From Oopsacas minuta (taxonomy: Eukaryota > Animalia > Porifera): a DNA stretch of 64,000 nucleotides. Below are positions 25,279 through 36,666 of the stretch, piece after piece. The stretch spans positions 248,001-312,000 of the forward strand of contig JAKMXF010000310.1 of the NCBI GenBank assembly GCA_024704765.1, given 5' to 3'. Position numbers and translations under genes: made by a program. Position 1 is the first letter of the stretch, and every line of letters starts with the position of its first letter. Below the pieces are notes generated by a model. It did not search any database and was not told the DNA's origin. It saw only the letters and a program-made list of their open reading frames with translations.

Positions 25279-26414
25279 TAACAATGCACGTATTTCCTAT
25301 GGAAATTCCTTTAGCCAATCTGAAAAATATATTGTGAATCAGTGCTGGAACCCAATTTGCACAAACTACATTATAACCACACTGACTTTAGCAAAGAATG
25401 TGTAAATTATGAGCAAAATATGTTAACTTGGAACATGGGTGAGGGATGGCGCTGGTAAACAAGGGCATAGATCCATAAATTATGGGACGAATTGTAAAAT
25501 CTTGTGATTTGGTACGAAAATGATCGTAAAATCCGTACATCATCGCAAATTATTCAAAAGTAGGGGGACACTTCCTCCTCCGTCCCCCTGGGAATTACGC
25601 CCATGGTAGCATGTTACGCCACTTTGTATCCGGAAACTTACTGTATAGCTGTAATGGGGACTGTGAGGCTAGTAACAAACATCTAGAATCATTAAGTAAA
25701 GAAGCCGCATGTACAGATATACTAAACAACTAATATGTATCACCAACAGAGTAAATTTGGCGATACTGAAATGTCTTTATCATTCATCTTAGTTCAAGAT
25801 GTGTTTTTCTAAGCAACAAATGAATCCTAGTTAAGATATCTTTGAAATGTACTTGATGATTATTTGGCAACATTAATAGTGCATAACACCTATTGTTAGG
25901 ATAGCTGGATGTGGTCCAAGTGGTATTTTTTGGCTAGATGAGGCCAAGACCTACCGTTTTCCTTTTTAAAGCTAAGCGATGCGAATTATAGTTTTCGAGA
26001 TATACAGTGTGACCAGGTTTTCGCCCCTTTGGGAACCAGGCCACACCAGGTTTAAATTGACCGTTCTTAATAGTAATAACTACAAATTACGCAAACTAAT
26101 AAATTCATAAAAGAATCAATCAACTGACGCAAGCGTTGATAACCGCAAGATTGATTATATGTGCATTCCTATGGTAGTTTGTATAGAATTCATCAGCATT
26201 ATTTCAGTATAGTAGCTAATACAATTTTCTCCATAGGATTTGGCTTATTTAGGAGATTTTTCGTAACTTCGTCAGTTTCCATCCGATTTTTGAGTTCGAA
26301 AGCTCTATCAGCTTTTCTCAACGAGTTCTTCAACGGTGCATATAGCGATTTTTGACTACATTAAAAAAGTTGGGGGGGGTGTCGGATTCTATAGTTGTAC
26401 CTATAATATACCTA

Positions 26415-26569
26415 CAGTAAAACCCCCAAAATCGAACACCTCCAGTAAACATCTCCAAAAAGATGAACACCTGATATCGGTCCCAAATATTTTCCATTGC
26501 TGCACACAATGTCATAAAAAGTGAATATCTTGGCTGGTCCAAAGGTTTTCACTTCCAGAAGGTTTACTG
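26415..26569. mobile_element. pogo-type MITE (family of 22019-22145)
   Basis: TA|CAGTAAAACCCCCAAAATCGAACACC...GGTTTACTG|TA. Confidence 0.75.
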
Positions 26570-26990
26570 TATTACTACTAAAAGATTGAATTTTTTGAGA
26601 ACCTCAAAATCAAATCATTTTGTGGCCCTTTATAATAAAAGAAAATTCAATGAAAATTGGAATTATGTAACTAATAAATACGGGAAAGTGACTGAAACTA
26701 TAGGTCGTAATGGGTAAAATTGAAAGTTTCAAACCCGAAAAAACCCAATCTGGTTGGACTTCTGATAGGAACAGAATATTTCGTTTATTATTTTAGAAGG
26801 CATAATACAGTAGTGGCACACTTTGGCCAATCTTATATAAAAATAATAAAAGTACATATATGATTAGAAATAATTAGCCTATTCGATCAAAGATTATATT
26901 GACTATTAAGATATAAAAGGTTGCGAATAAGATGGGGTATTCGAGAAAAATATATAAGATATGAGAAGAGTGACGTCATATAGTGTAAGG

Positions 26991-29900
26991 CTATAAGTAT
27001 ACAGGATTGATAGAGGGAGGTACTCCTCGGATAGGTTGGTATTGATCTACCCTATCTACCATCTTGATACAGTCTACTATTGGACACACAGACACACACA
27101 GAGTACAACCAGTACAATCAGCTGTTACATGAGGAAGGTGAGTTTGTGGATCAAATGTTATAGATTGATAGCCTGAGTCGTTACAGACCATGTAACACTT
27201 GCCACAGTTTATACACATGTCCTCTTCTATCAGGGCTACAACTTGTTCCGTATTACTCAGGTCTCCGTATGTACCGATCAGAGGGAGAGCTCGTCCTATC
27301 TGCTCCTTAATAGAAGAAATAGGTTTGTTGGGTTGAAACAGTTTCCTCTTGGGGAGAATGTTATCCTCCAAAAGTGAAGACGTCTTCTTGATATCAGAAA
27401 GCTTCTCACTTCGTATTCTAGAATATTCTCCAAAGTTAGGCACATTATTCCCGATCTCTTTCTCCAGCCTAACAGACACAGGCTTTCCTTTCTGATGACG
27501 TAATGTAGGTACAGACTGACCAGTCCATTCAGCCAATTCTTGTACAGACTGTTTGTATAGTAGCGCCTTCAGTCCTGATAGATAGTCATCCACTACAGTG
27601 AAGTCTTGGTTCTGAATAGCAGAACACACCTGCAGAACTGAAGCACCTGTTTGTAGGAACTGCAGTCCTACTTCAGCGCTGTCTATGCCACCTGCAGCCA
27701 TTATAGGGAAACCAGGGATAGCACGTGCAATAGAAGACACTATCTTGAGTGCTATTGGCCTGGTAGCATTTCCAGACATGCCTCCATACGTGGTACGCTT
27801 GGCTCGTCCTACAGCTGGCCATGCTACAGCCTCACTAGTGAGTCCCATCAGTCCAGACACAGTGTTAATAGCTGTCACACCATCTGCCCCACCCTCTTTA
27901 GCTGCCATAGCTATCTCTATAGCCTCTGTTATATTAGGAGTTATCTTGGCGAAGAAAGGAATTTTGACTGTCTCTCTCACCCATCTGCATATGTTCCTGA
28001 CGAGTTCTGGATCCTGTCCACAAGCAAGACCCATCCCTCGTTCACCCATTCCATGGGGACAGGAAAGGTTCAGCTCCAGAGCATCAGCCCCAGCCTCTAC
28101 ACTCTTCTTAGCTAGTTGCGTCCAATCTTCTCGTGAATATCCACACATTATACTTGCTACGACGATTTGTTTGGGAAAATCCTTCTTTAGTTGGTTGATA
28201 CACATGAGCCAGTAAGCAGCTGTCTTTTCTGTGATAAGCTCAATATTCAAGAATGAGCCTTGGCCTGGTCCGAATGAGTGTCCTGAAGTTGTTCCTCTCA
28301 CAATACGAGGAGACACATTTGTAATCAAGTCCTTATCCAAACTGAAAGTCTTTGTTACAGCAAATGACCATCCAGCCTGGAAGGCCCTCCTGATCATAGC
28401 AGCAGAAGTGGCAGGAGTTGCAGAAGCTAGACCGAATGGATTCAAGAAGTGGAGTCCTGCCATATCAACTGACAAATCTATTGTATCGACAGGAGTGTAG
28501 AACTTAGGCAGAGCAGGTTCAGGAGGGATGAAAATGCCATGAAGAGACTGTAGATATTTGTGCATGAACCAAGCTGCTTGCTTTCCATCATTCACACACT
28601 CCACTGTAGTCTGAGACACGCCCCCCAGATCTCCCCCTAGATACACACCTGGTACAGGTGTCTCCATTGTCTCTTTGTTCACCTCTGGAAAGCCCTGAGT
28701 ATCGAACTGTACTGGAGACATCGCAGCCTTTAGCTCCTCACTCTGTAGACTGGAGCCGAATGCGGAAATAATGTAACTAGCCTTTATACGTACAATCTCA
28801 TCGCTCAGTTCTAGCCAGCTCCCGTCGTCTTGCTGCTCAGTGCGACAGAACTCCATGCCCAGGATCTTGTCTCCTACCCTGAGGACACTCTTGGGGGAGA
28901 GGAAGGGGATGAACTCACACATCTCATCTCTGGCTACCTCCATCTCTTCTGGTACCGCTCTGATCGTAGTGAATCCCTTTCTAAATATGATATACACCCT
29001 CTTAGCACCACATCTGAGTGCTGAAGTAGCACAGTCAAACGCAGTGTCTCCTGCTCCCAGCACAATAACCTTACCATTCATCTGCGGTAGACTCTGCTTA
29101 CAGCTGCACATTCCGCGCTTGCTAGCACTAGCCACCAAAGGGAGGAATTCTTTTGAGGTGTAGAAACCGTTCTCTGCAGTTAGACCATCAAAGATAGGGA
29201 TCTTCTTAGGGGAGGGAAGTCCAATTCCGATAAACACACCCTCGTGACCTGATTCCATCAGAGACTGGAGAGAGAAACCGTTCTCGCCAAGACTCTTCCC
29301 TCGCTCTACTCTCACCCCGAGGTCTTTCATCAGCTCCACCTCATACGTCACTACTTCTAGAGGCAGACGGAACTCAGGAATCTCAGAACTGCTCAGACCT
29401 CCAACAAACTCCTCCTTCTCATACACAGTCAGGTTCTGGTATCCCAGACGAGCTAGAAAGGTTGCACAAGAGATGGAGGCGGGTCCACAGCCGATGAGTG
29501 CCACTTTAGCCTGATAACTGTCAGGTAACTCTGTGAGAGGTGGGAGAGAGGGATCACGAATCTGTGGCAATCCCATCTCCTTGAATACCTCTGTAGCGAA
29601 TTGCTGGAGACCGCCGATATTGATTGGACCCTCTTCAGTGGCATCGAGATTGCACCCACCCACACACAGGTCACTCGTGGGACACACCATCCCACAGGTG
29701 AGTCCCAGGGGGTTGTCAGAGAAGATAGCCTGGGCTGCTCCGTAGTAATTCTTGGTAGCAATGCTGGAAATAAAGGCTTTAATGTCGATCTGAGTGGGAC
29801 AGCTTTTCTGACAGGGAGCATCTGCACATTTGAGACATCTATTAGCTTCACGCAGAGCACCACGCTCACTCAAGGTAGTGTGCTTTACATCATCAAAGTT

Positions 29901-30092
29901 ATTCGTGAGACTTGTACAAGAGTTGCATTCCTTGTCTGTGTTACGTTTCCAATGTCTTCTTGAGTTCTTTGTTTGTGACGTGGACACGAGAGAAGCGTGT
30001 TGTTTGATTCGAGGATTGAGAGTAAGTAGATTCTCTATGTCAGGAGGGTCTCTAGTGAGGTTTTGATAAGTACTCATGCTAGAATCATGCAT
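26991..30092 (-). CDS. DPYD: dihydropyrimidine dehydrogenase [NADP+], intronless, 1033 aa
   Basis: [14 protein letters not shown] and [11 protein letters not shown] (Fe-S); [10 protein letters not shown] (FAD); [10 protein letters not shown] (NADPH); ELNLSCPHG (catalytic Cys); [11 protein letters not shown] and [12 protein letters not shown] (ferredoxin). Confidence 0.98.
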   Translation of the reverse strand: MHDSSMSTYQNLTRDPPDIENLLTLNPRIKQHASLVSTSQTKNSRRHWKRNTDKECNSCTSLTNNFDDVKHTTLSERGALREANRCLKCADAPCQKSCPTQIDIKAFISSIATKNYYGAAQAIFSDNPLGLTCGMVCPTSDLCVGGCNLDATEEGPINIGGLQQFATEVFKEMGLPQIRDPSLPPLTELPDSYQAKVALIGCGPASISCATFLARLGYQNLTVYEKEEFVGGLSSSEIPEFRLPLEVVTYEVELMKDLGVRVERGKSLGENGFSLQSLMESGHEGVFIGIGLPSPKKIPIFDGLTAENGFYTSKEFLPLVASASKRGMCSCKQSLPQMNGKVIVLGAGDTAFDCATSALRCGAKRVYIIFRKGFTTIRAVPEEMEVARDEMCEFIPFLSPKSVLRVGDKILGMEFCRTEQQDDGSWLELSDEIVRIKASYIISAFGSSLQSEELKAAMSPVQFDTQGFPEVNKETMETPVPGVYLGGDLGGVSQTTVECVNDGKQAAWFMHKYLQSLHGIFIPPEPALPKFYTPVDTIDLSVDMAGLHFLNPFGLASATPATSAAMIRRAFQAGWSFAVTKTFSLDKDLITNVSPRIVRGTTSGHSFGPGQGSFLNIELITEKTAAYWLMCINQLKKDFPKQIVVASIMCGYSREDWTQLAKKSVEAGADALELNLSCPHGMGERGMGLACGQDPELVRNICRWVRETVKIPFFAKITPNITEAIEIAMAAKEGGADGVTAINTVSGLMGLTSEAVAWPAVGRAKRTTYGGMSGNATRPIALKIVSSIARAIPGFPIMAAGGIDSAEVGLQFLQTGASVLQVCSAIQNQDFTVVDDYLSGLKALLYKQSVQELAEWTGQSVPTLRHQKGKPVSVRLEKEIGNNVPNFGEYSRIRSEKLSDIKKTSSLLEDNILPKRKLFQPNKPISSIKEQIGRALPLIGTYGDLSNTEQVVALIEEDMCINCGKCYMVCNDSGYQSITFDPQTHLPHVTADCTGCTLCVSVCPIVDCIKMVDRVDQYQPIRGVPPSINPVYL

Positions 30093-30203
30093 ACAAATAA
30101 ACTGAGTAGAGGTCGCAATGGACTGAATTTTTGGTCCGAGCCCGGCAAACCCGACCCGACACTCATCCCCATCTCTAAAACGCTAGTGATAAAGGGACAC
30201 TAG

Positions 30204-32138
30204 CAGGAACGTCGCCAGGATTTTTCACATAGGAGGAGGGGGGCAAATAAATTACCGGGGGGGGTACGAAGTTCCAAGTGACAGGACGATGGGCAAGGGG
30301 TTTCACGGATTTAGCAGGAGCATGCCCAGTGGCGGATCAATAAATTTTTAGTTCGGTAGAACCATCCAGCGGAACAGTTGCGTTGCGTGACTTTGATATA
30401 TAGGGGGGCACAAATTCAATCTGGTTGTCAACAAGTTCTAGATGTTTCCTACCAGATTGAATTTGTGTACCCCAGATTTCAAAGCCTATGGGCGCTTTAA
30501 ACAATCAGTAAGGTCCAAGAGCCAAACAACTGAAAGAAATAACGTATGGTCTGCAATTTCCCCAGAAAGTTGTTTTTTCTGGTCGAGTAAAGTGTAGCTC
30601 GGAGAATATTTGGGGGGGGCAATCACATATGCACGACGCTACTGCAGCTGGGGGTCTGGGGTGCTGTAGGTCTTCCAGTCGTGATGGGGCGTAGCCCTTG
30701 GACAACAAGCTATAATAGCTACTACATTAATTACCTTTGTACTGCCACGTAGGTTTGAATCTTGAAACGATTTCTCAGCTATATTTTAGGAATAAATAGT
30801 GAAATCTTTAAACAAACAACGAGAAGTTATCAATTATTATATCAATGGAGGCATCGACCGGAAAAATAGTACGATAATCATTGAACAGTAAATCGACATC
30901 AGAAACTGGAACATAGGAAGAGGAATGTGGAAGAGAAGTGATCGGTGTCATAACTGGATTGAGTTCGAATATATTTTTCTTCCGGGACTTTTCTTAAATT
31001 TCTTGGGAACAACGCGAGGAGTCTTCTGAGGGCTAATATGGGGAGATCTGTCTCGGACGCCATTAACAGGTTCCTCTGGGTTGTCATTCCTCCTATAACC
31101 TCGAATAATCCGGCATAGAGTCTTTTGTTGGAATGTTTAATATTCTTATATTCCACATCTCTCGGCCAGAATGAAGGTACAAGAGATGCGTCCTTCCAGA
31201 AGGACACATTCTTTCCTAAAATGTAATGCTTAATCACAGCGTTAAACTAAGGCGAGTATGAAGAACGGTATCTTCGCACCGAATTCAAACGAATGTCTAA
31301 AATGTATCATCGTTGAGTCAGCAATTCAGGATAAATTTGGCGTAACATAATCAAGAATATGTACATATAATCGCATAGTCAAGTATTCGTATCTGTCAAT
31401 AAAATAAACTCACCAAGTGAGCGTTTAGTGATCCAAGACACTAGTCTTCGAAGCGTTGGGACACTGTAGCTCTCTAAATTTCCATCTAACTGATCGAGGA
31501 TTTCTTTGTCTTGATTGGACTTCTCACTGTCTGTCTCACGATGTAAACCAACTATTGACCCACAAAATTCATTCTTCTGAGAATGAATCAAATTTTGGAA
31601 ATTCTCAGTCCCCATTGTAGCTAACTTCCCTCTCCGCGTAAATACGACCCCAATACTCTCTCCCGTAATGGAACGTAACTGCTTTAGAGTCGAAGAAAGC
31701 TTCTCCCGAGCATTCGAATTAGTCATTCTAGGCATGGCTATTTCTGAAAAAAGTAGAACAATTCAGATAAAACTTGAGTACTCAAAGAAGTGAAATTATA
31801 TAAGTGACGCACAAATATTTGAATATAATGCAAAATCGTGCCCCAGCACTCAAATAAATATATGACCCAGAAGCCTAATTATATATCTACACGTCAGTAA
31901 TTAAGTTTAGTTTCATCTGCCTATAGTATGCTAGTAGCGCATGGCTAGGTACTATTTAATGAGTTCGGCAGATCAATACAAGCTATATCCCTTATTTATG
32001 GGTGAGATTAAATATTATTGAGGGTGACCGAAGCGAGCCGAAATTCTCCAGTTTGCAATTTAAGCCAGGGGGTCCGGTGGCATGCTCAGGGCACGAGTTT
32101 ACCAGGGGGGCGCATAGCCCTCCATGGCGACGTCCCTG
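30204..32138. mobile_element. non-autonomous hAT-ended element (1935 bp) carrying an NRF1-like gene
   Basis: TIR CAGG(A/G)ACGTCGCCA; perfect 8-bp TSD GACACTAG at 30196-30203 and 32139-32146; no transposase seen inside. Confidence 0.88.
30899..31735 (-). pseudogene. NRF1/Ewg-like DNA-binding-domain gene, copy 1 (2 exons, one -1 frameshift)
   Basis: Exon 31735-31414, 198-nt phase-1 intron (G|GTGAGT...TTTTAG|GA), exon from 31215. Spliced LESYSVPTLRRLVSWITKRSLGKNVSFWKDASLVPSFWPRDVEYKNI aligns by eye with NRF1 VDKMTQAQLRAFIPEMLKYSTGRGKPGWGKESCKPIWWPEDIPWANV. Adding one A in the run at about 31123-31126 gives KKTLCRIIRGYR. Confidence 0.65.
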
Positions 32139-32426
32139 GACACTAGTGTTATGGGATTATTTGCTTGCAGGTATTATAATTATTCGGGTTAAAATATACC
32201 AGCCAACAACCACGGGGTGGCCAATAAGTTGGACAACAGTTCTGGAAAAATATAGAAAGTTAGTAACTAATCCTAGGGAAAGAGGTATTAGAATCCCCTG
32301 AGAGCACGCTCCTATGGTTTCTTGTAGGTGTAATATATTGTAAATATATACATATTAGGAATTGTAAATATTTTGTTTATTTACAATTTCAGGTTCAGCA
32401 GGATCTGGATCAGTAGACATATGCAC

Positions 32427-32982
32427 TAGGGCCGTTGACGAATCCTCGTTATCTAAGATCCAGGTATCGAATCCTTGGGCACAGAATACCCGGGTATAAC
32501 CGGGTACCCGAGTATTTGAATTACAGTGGGGTTACATGCTTATTTTCTTACCAGAAAAGCACGATAAGTCGAATATTTCAGGATCAAATTTGTCATGTTC
32601 TCTACCCATTATACTACAATATATGTTAGCCAATCAAACTAAATAGCAATATGATTTAATACAATGGCTAATTAAAAACCTATCGCATTATCTTGTCATC
32701 AACTAGTAGTAATTATTCTGCCAGTCCACTATTTTGTAGTATTCTTGAAATGACCTTTGAGAAATACTAATCATCCAAGGAGGCGTCACTTAAACTAGAT
32801 CTTAACATCGTGTTGAAAGGCCTGCTGCGGAAAATGCACTTTCAGCTTCTACACTGGTAGGAGGGATAGTATATAGGGACTATGCTATTTCTTGTATAAT
32901 ATTATATTACCCGAGTACCCGAGGCTTCAATTACCCGGGTATCGAATATTAATGGAAATTTTGGAACCGGGTTCCACCACTA
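32427..32982. mobile_element. hAT-like non-autonomous element
   Basis: TAG...CTA ends; flanks ATATGCAC / ATATGTAC (7/8); repeated TACCCGGG/TACCCGAG subterminal motifs. Confidence 0.6.
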
Positions 32983-33188
32983 ATATGTACAGAAGACATC
33001 AAAGAGAAAACCTCTCAACAACATAATTTCTGTGAATAGTGCTCGCAGAACCCCAGAATGAAGCGAAATACAACGCGCCCTTGAATATAGTGCGCAGATT
33101 GAGAGCGGCTAAATTAAAGGAACGCGGGCGTACTATTCAAGGAAATACGCTATTTTAAAGGGGTATTTATTACACTACTCGAATGCGC

Positions 33189-35278
33189 GGGGGCGCTGCA
33201 TTAGGTCGAATTCCGTGTGTTGGCATTAGGTCGAATTTTATATGTATGCATTAGGTCGAATTTCATTGTTTACATTAAATCGAATTCCAATTGTCTTATT
33301 CATTAATTGATTAATTTCTAAATAGATGTGAGAATTGAAATTTAATGTGAAATATGAAATGTGTAAAATACTACTTAACCAGGTATTCATTGTAAAATGT
33401 ATAAGAGATGTTAATTAAGAAAAATTTGAAATTTGCCTTCAATTATGCCTCTGCACGTTGGACAAGTCTGTTGAAGTTGATCAATTGTGTCACTACACTG
33501 TGTGCAACAATTTGCATGCCTGCAAGGCATGAATACCCATGTGCTGCTCCTTGTTTGTAGGCAAACTACGCATTTATTTGTTTCAATACTACCAAAAGAT
33601 TCAGGCTCCTCTAACATATCAGAATCATCTGAATTAATTGTGTCTTCTAATGAAGTAGCATTGCCTATATAGCAACTAATTCTTTCGAGAAATTGTATGG
33701 GAGAGTAACTCCCACTTAACAGTTTTTCTTTGCAGCGCTTTCGATGTTCATTATTCATTACGTTCTTCTTTTTGCTTGGTCTCGTTATCTCTCTTCCTTC
33801 CTGTATCCAGGCCATTTCATTATCATAGTCAGCAATTATATTGTTAATGACAGTCAAGAAATTCCAAATTCTTGGATGGCTTGATTTTATGATGGACTTT
33901 AATTTTCCATGATAACTTTCTGCTGCATTGTTTGTTACATATTTAAGGTTAAAGATTGACAGTTCTTCAGGACCAATTTTAGTTAGCCACTGCTTCTCAA
34001 AATAATTCAAAAATACTTCAAGTTTCTTCATTTGACTCTGTTGCAACGTTGGAATTTGAAGAAGGTTGTATATTGGAAGAATCAATTCAGCTGGAAGAAA
34101 CGGAATTGCCATAATCTTCTTAACGAATGATGCACATTCCAAATTTCCTCGGCAAGTCGAAGCCAAACCATACTTTTGAGTTTTTCTCCAAATAGCTTGC
34201 GTATAATGGAACCAGCACCCGTTCACCCTAATTCCTGGATAAACTCGCTTGACAGCATTCCGAGCTGCTTGTTCCCAATCTGACATTGCGCAATCCGGTT
34301 CTAGCTGAGGAACAAGTTCTCGTATCTTCTGTATAACTGCCACGTATAGCTCATCATCTTTATTAGTCAGCAAGCAGTGAACGGCTGGAATTGCATGTCT
34401 CCCAACTGTAAGAAAAAGAGTCCACAATTGGTAAAATTGTTTAGGTACGGTGTAGAATGTCCCGTCAAATTGGATATTGGGTAATATCTGCGAGTAGATC
34501 GTATAATTTGTCAGAAAAGAAAATGACAGCTATCCGACCATCTACAATGACAGTAGCCTTATGATTTACTGCAAAGGTTGTTGTGGGTAGAACTTCACTA
34601 AATTCACTAGCAGACTGTGGGATCATAGGTTGTAATATTTTCCTTGTCCGAAACATTGACGATTCACATTCTTTAAATGTGACTTGAGAAGCAGAGGGAT
34701 TTGATCTCGTAACATCGTTGAATATGTGTCTCAGATTGTGTTGCGAGGTTTGAGATGTTGTTTTGCACTGTTTTAATTGCATATACTTCAGCACGATAGT
34801 CTTGTAACCCATGATTATGTTCTGACTTAGGATAAATCAAATTCGTAGCATTTCCAATTTCGCACTTCCTTTACAGCCTTTCCTGAATAGTACACATCTT
34901 AAGTAGAGAATATTTTCTATAGATTTATGACAGAAGTATTTGTAGCCATCAGAGGAGGTGTAACTTTTCCAGTATTACGTTTGTATTGGTCGAATGAATA
35001 TTCCATGATGCACGTACACAATAATGTACATATTATAATCATCATCCAATTTATAATAAATGAACAATAGGAACTGTTAGTATGGATTAAACACCAAAAT
35101 TGTTATTATTAGTAACAAAGTAAAACATTTGAACGAAACCTACTACATGCAACTAGAATTCGACCTAATGCCAACACACGAAATTCGACCTAATGCATAC
35201 ATAGTAAATTCGACCTAATGCCAACACACGGAATTCGACCTAATGCCAACACCGTAATTCGACCTAATGCAGGCACCC
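33189..35278 (-). mobile_element. MULE (Mutator-like) element with RING-fused transposase
   Basis: 9-bp TSD CGAATGCGC (33180-33188 and 35279-35287); inverted subterminal arrays of GCATTAGGTCGAATT (3 plus 1 degenerate at left, 5 at right). Confidence 0.9.
33411..35006 (-). pseudogene. Zn-finger (FLYWCH/WRKY-like)-MULE-RING transposase, frameshifted in the 5' third
   Basis: ATG 35006; LRCVLFRKGCKG...HNH; after a +1 frameshift at about 34480, FDGTFYTVP; MSDWE, CWFHY and TNNAAESYH; C-terminal CVVC...PCRHANCCTQC...CPTCR. Confidence 0.88.
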
Positions 35279-35439
35279 CGAATGCGCCTATGGTTCTAGG
35301 TGTCTAGTACCTTTAAGTTATGTGAAAATTTGTAAGCGGTGGTGTCTACTATTAATTAATAATATTCCCCCAGCATCAGTCACAAAGGAATATAGTTCCC
35401 CGTACAACAATTAGTGGGCATAGATTGATAGGGTTCAAT

Positions 35440-36092
35440 CTAGTTTACATATGAATTTATTGGCTCTTTCGTTATTCTATCGATTATTGGCGATCTATCA
35501 CGAGTGCAGTTGGTCACAACATCTACAGAGTCAGTAGAATAGAAGGCCCTATAAGATCTGATAATTTCTAGCAGATGGCCTTTTGATTTGAATTTTAAGT
35601 CGCGGAGTGGAATATATGTCGGCCACCACAAAGGTTGGTACTCTGTTCGTCCCCAATAATCGCGGAGCTTACCTAAACGATATGAATCAATATTTATGGC
35701 GTATCAGAGAATGTTTATTATCGTTTATAGTCATTAATATATAAGACAAAGTAAAATGCTGAAAATATATATTTGACAAACTAGTAGATTATTGTGTAAT
35801 CAGCGTTGAGATTTTTCTGAGTGCCAATATTGCAACACTCGAAATCTTCATTAGAGATGAGGTCTAATAAATGTTCCTCATGTAAAGGTTTAGAAATAGT
35901 ACATATATTAGGACAGGCAACAGATCTCCAAATTGGAACATTATAGTTGGTGACAAAATCTTTGAACTCTTGGCTGTCAATGATGGATAGTTCGCCTCTC
36001 CAAGTAAAAATGAGGCCAAATGATTCCCCTGTAACGGAATTGAACCGCTTGAGAGTATTACTTAGAATAGCTTGTGCGTTCCCAATGGTCAT
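35440..36092 (-). pseudogene. NRF1/Ewg-like DNA-binding-domain gene, copy 2 (2 exons, frameshift and stop)
   Basis: Exon 36092-35782, 109-nt phase-1 intron, exon 35672-35440. LSNTLKRFNSVTGESFGLIFTWRG matches copy 1 LSSTLKQLRSITGESIGVVFTRRG. Exon 2 reads YWGRTEYQPLWWPTYIPLRDL. Frameshift at about 35825 and an in-frame TAA just before the donor. Confidence 0.62.
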
Positions 36093-36666
36093 TTTCGGTA
36101 TCTTTGATAAAGGTAATTTCTAGTAATGTATCCGTTCGGTAAGGTAATGAATTTTATCACTTATTATCAAAAAGAGAACATAGTACATATGTATATAAAT
36201 ACAGATGATTTCGTTCATGATAAATTTATTAATAAACAAAATATTTACAATTCCGAATATATATATTTACAATTTATTAGGCCTGTTATGAGGATCCAAC
36301 TACGATGAGGATTCAGCTATTTCTATTATAGCAACCATGGATACTTTACAACCATGAGGCGAGGGTTTAACTACCTTCGTAATTGTATATTTCCTATTGC
36401 ACATCAATAATTATACAAACTATTCTTTTATTATCAACAAACACAAACTGTTTCCTATTTTAAATATGATCTTTCCCTGAATAAATGCTACGGGATCTGA
36501 ACAAAAACCATAAGCACAAAGAGTGTTTAAGGCAATACAACCAGCCACAAATATTGTTGTTTGTCACTGAATTTGATCTCTCTGGAGGAACCAAACAAGT
36601 TCCCCGTCTGAATCGTATTTAATAACATTTTTTGTCTCTGGTATATATTTACAACTAATTATTTTG

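Larger units (their letters stand above)
22525..26401 (-). mobile_element. full-length Merlin (IS1595/ISXO2-like) DNA transposon, 3877 bp
   Basis: TIRs 22525-23118 and 25806-26401 are nearly identical (I found 2 homopolymer indels and 1 substitution); perfect 8-bp TSD TATAATAT; internal transposase ORF. Confidence 0.95.

Noticed and set aside
27685-30066. Overlapping + strand and alternate-frame ORFs within DPYD (likewise within RPL3 and the discoidin gene)
   Set aside because: Shadow ORFs of GC-richer coding sequence.
30108-30177. TAGAG...CTCTA-bounded hAT-like remnant upstream of DPYD
   Set aside because: Terminal match too short and no TSD.
33198-35270. GCATTAGGTCGAATT units with short spacers as a CRISPR array
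   Set aside because: Repeats are 15 bp, spacers about 10 bp and partly repeated, the arrays are inverted at element ends, and the context is eukaryotic: these are MULE subterminal repeats. The same applies at 39856 and 59500.
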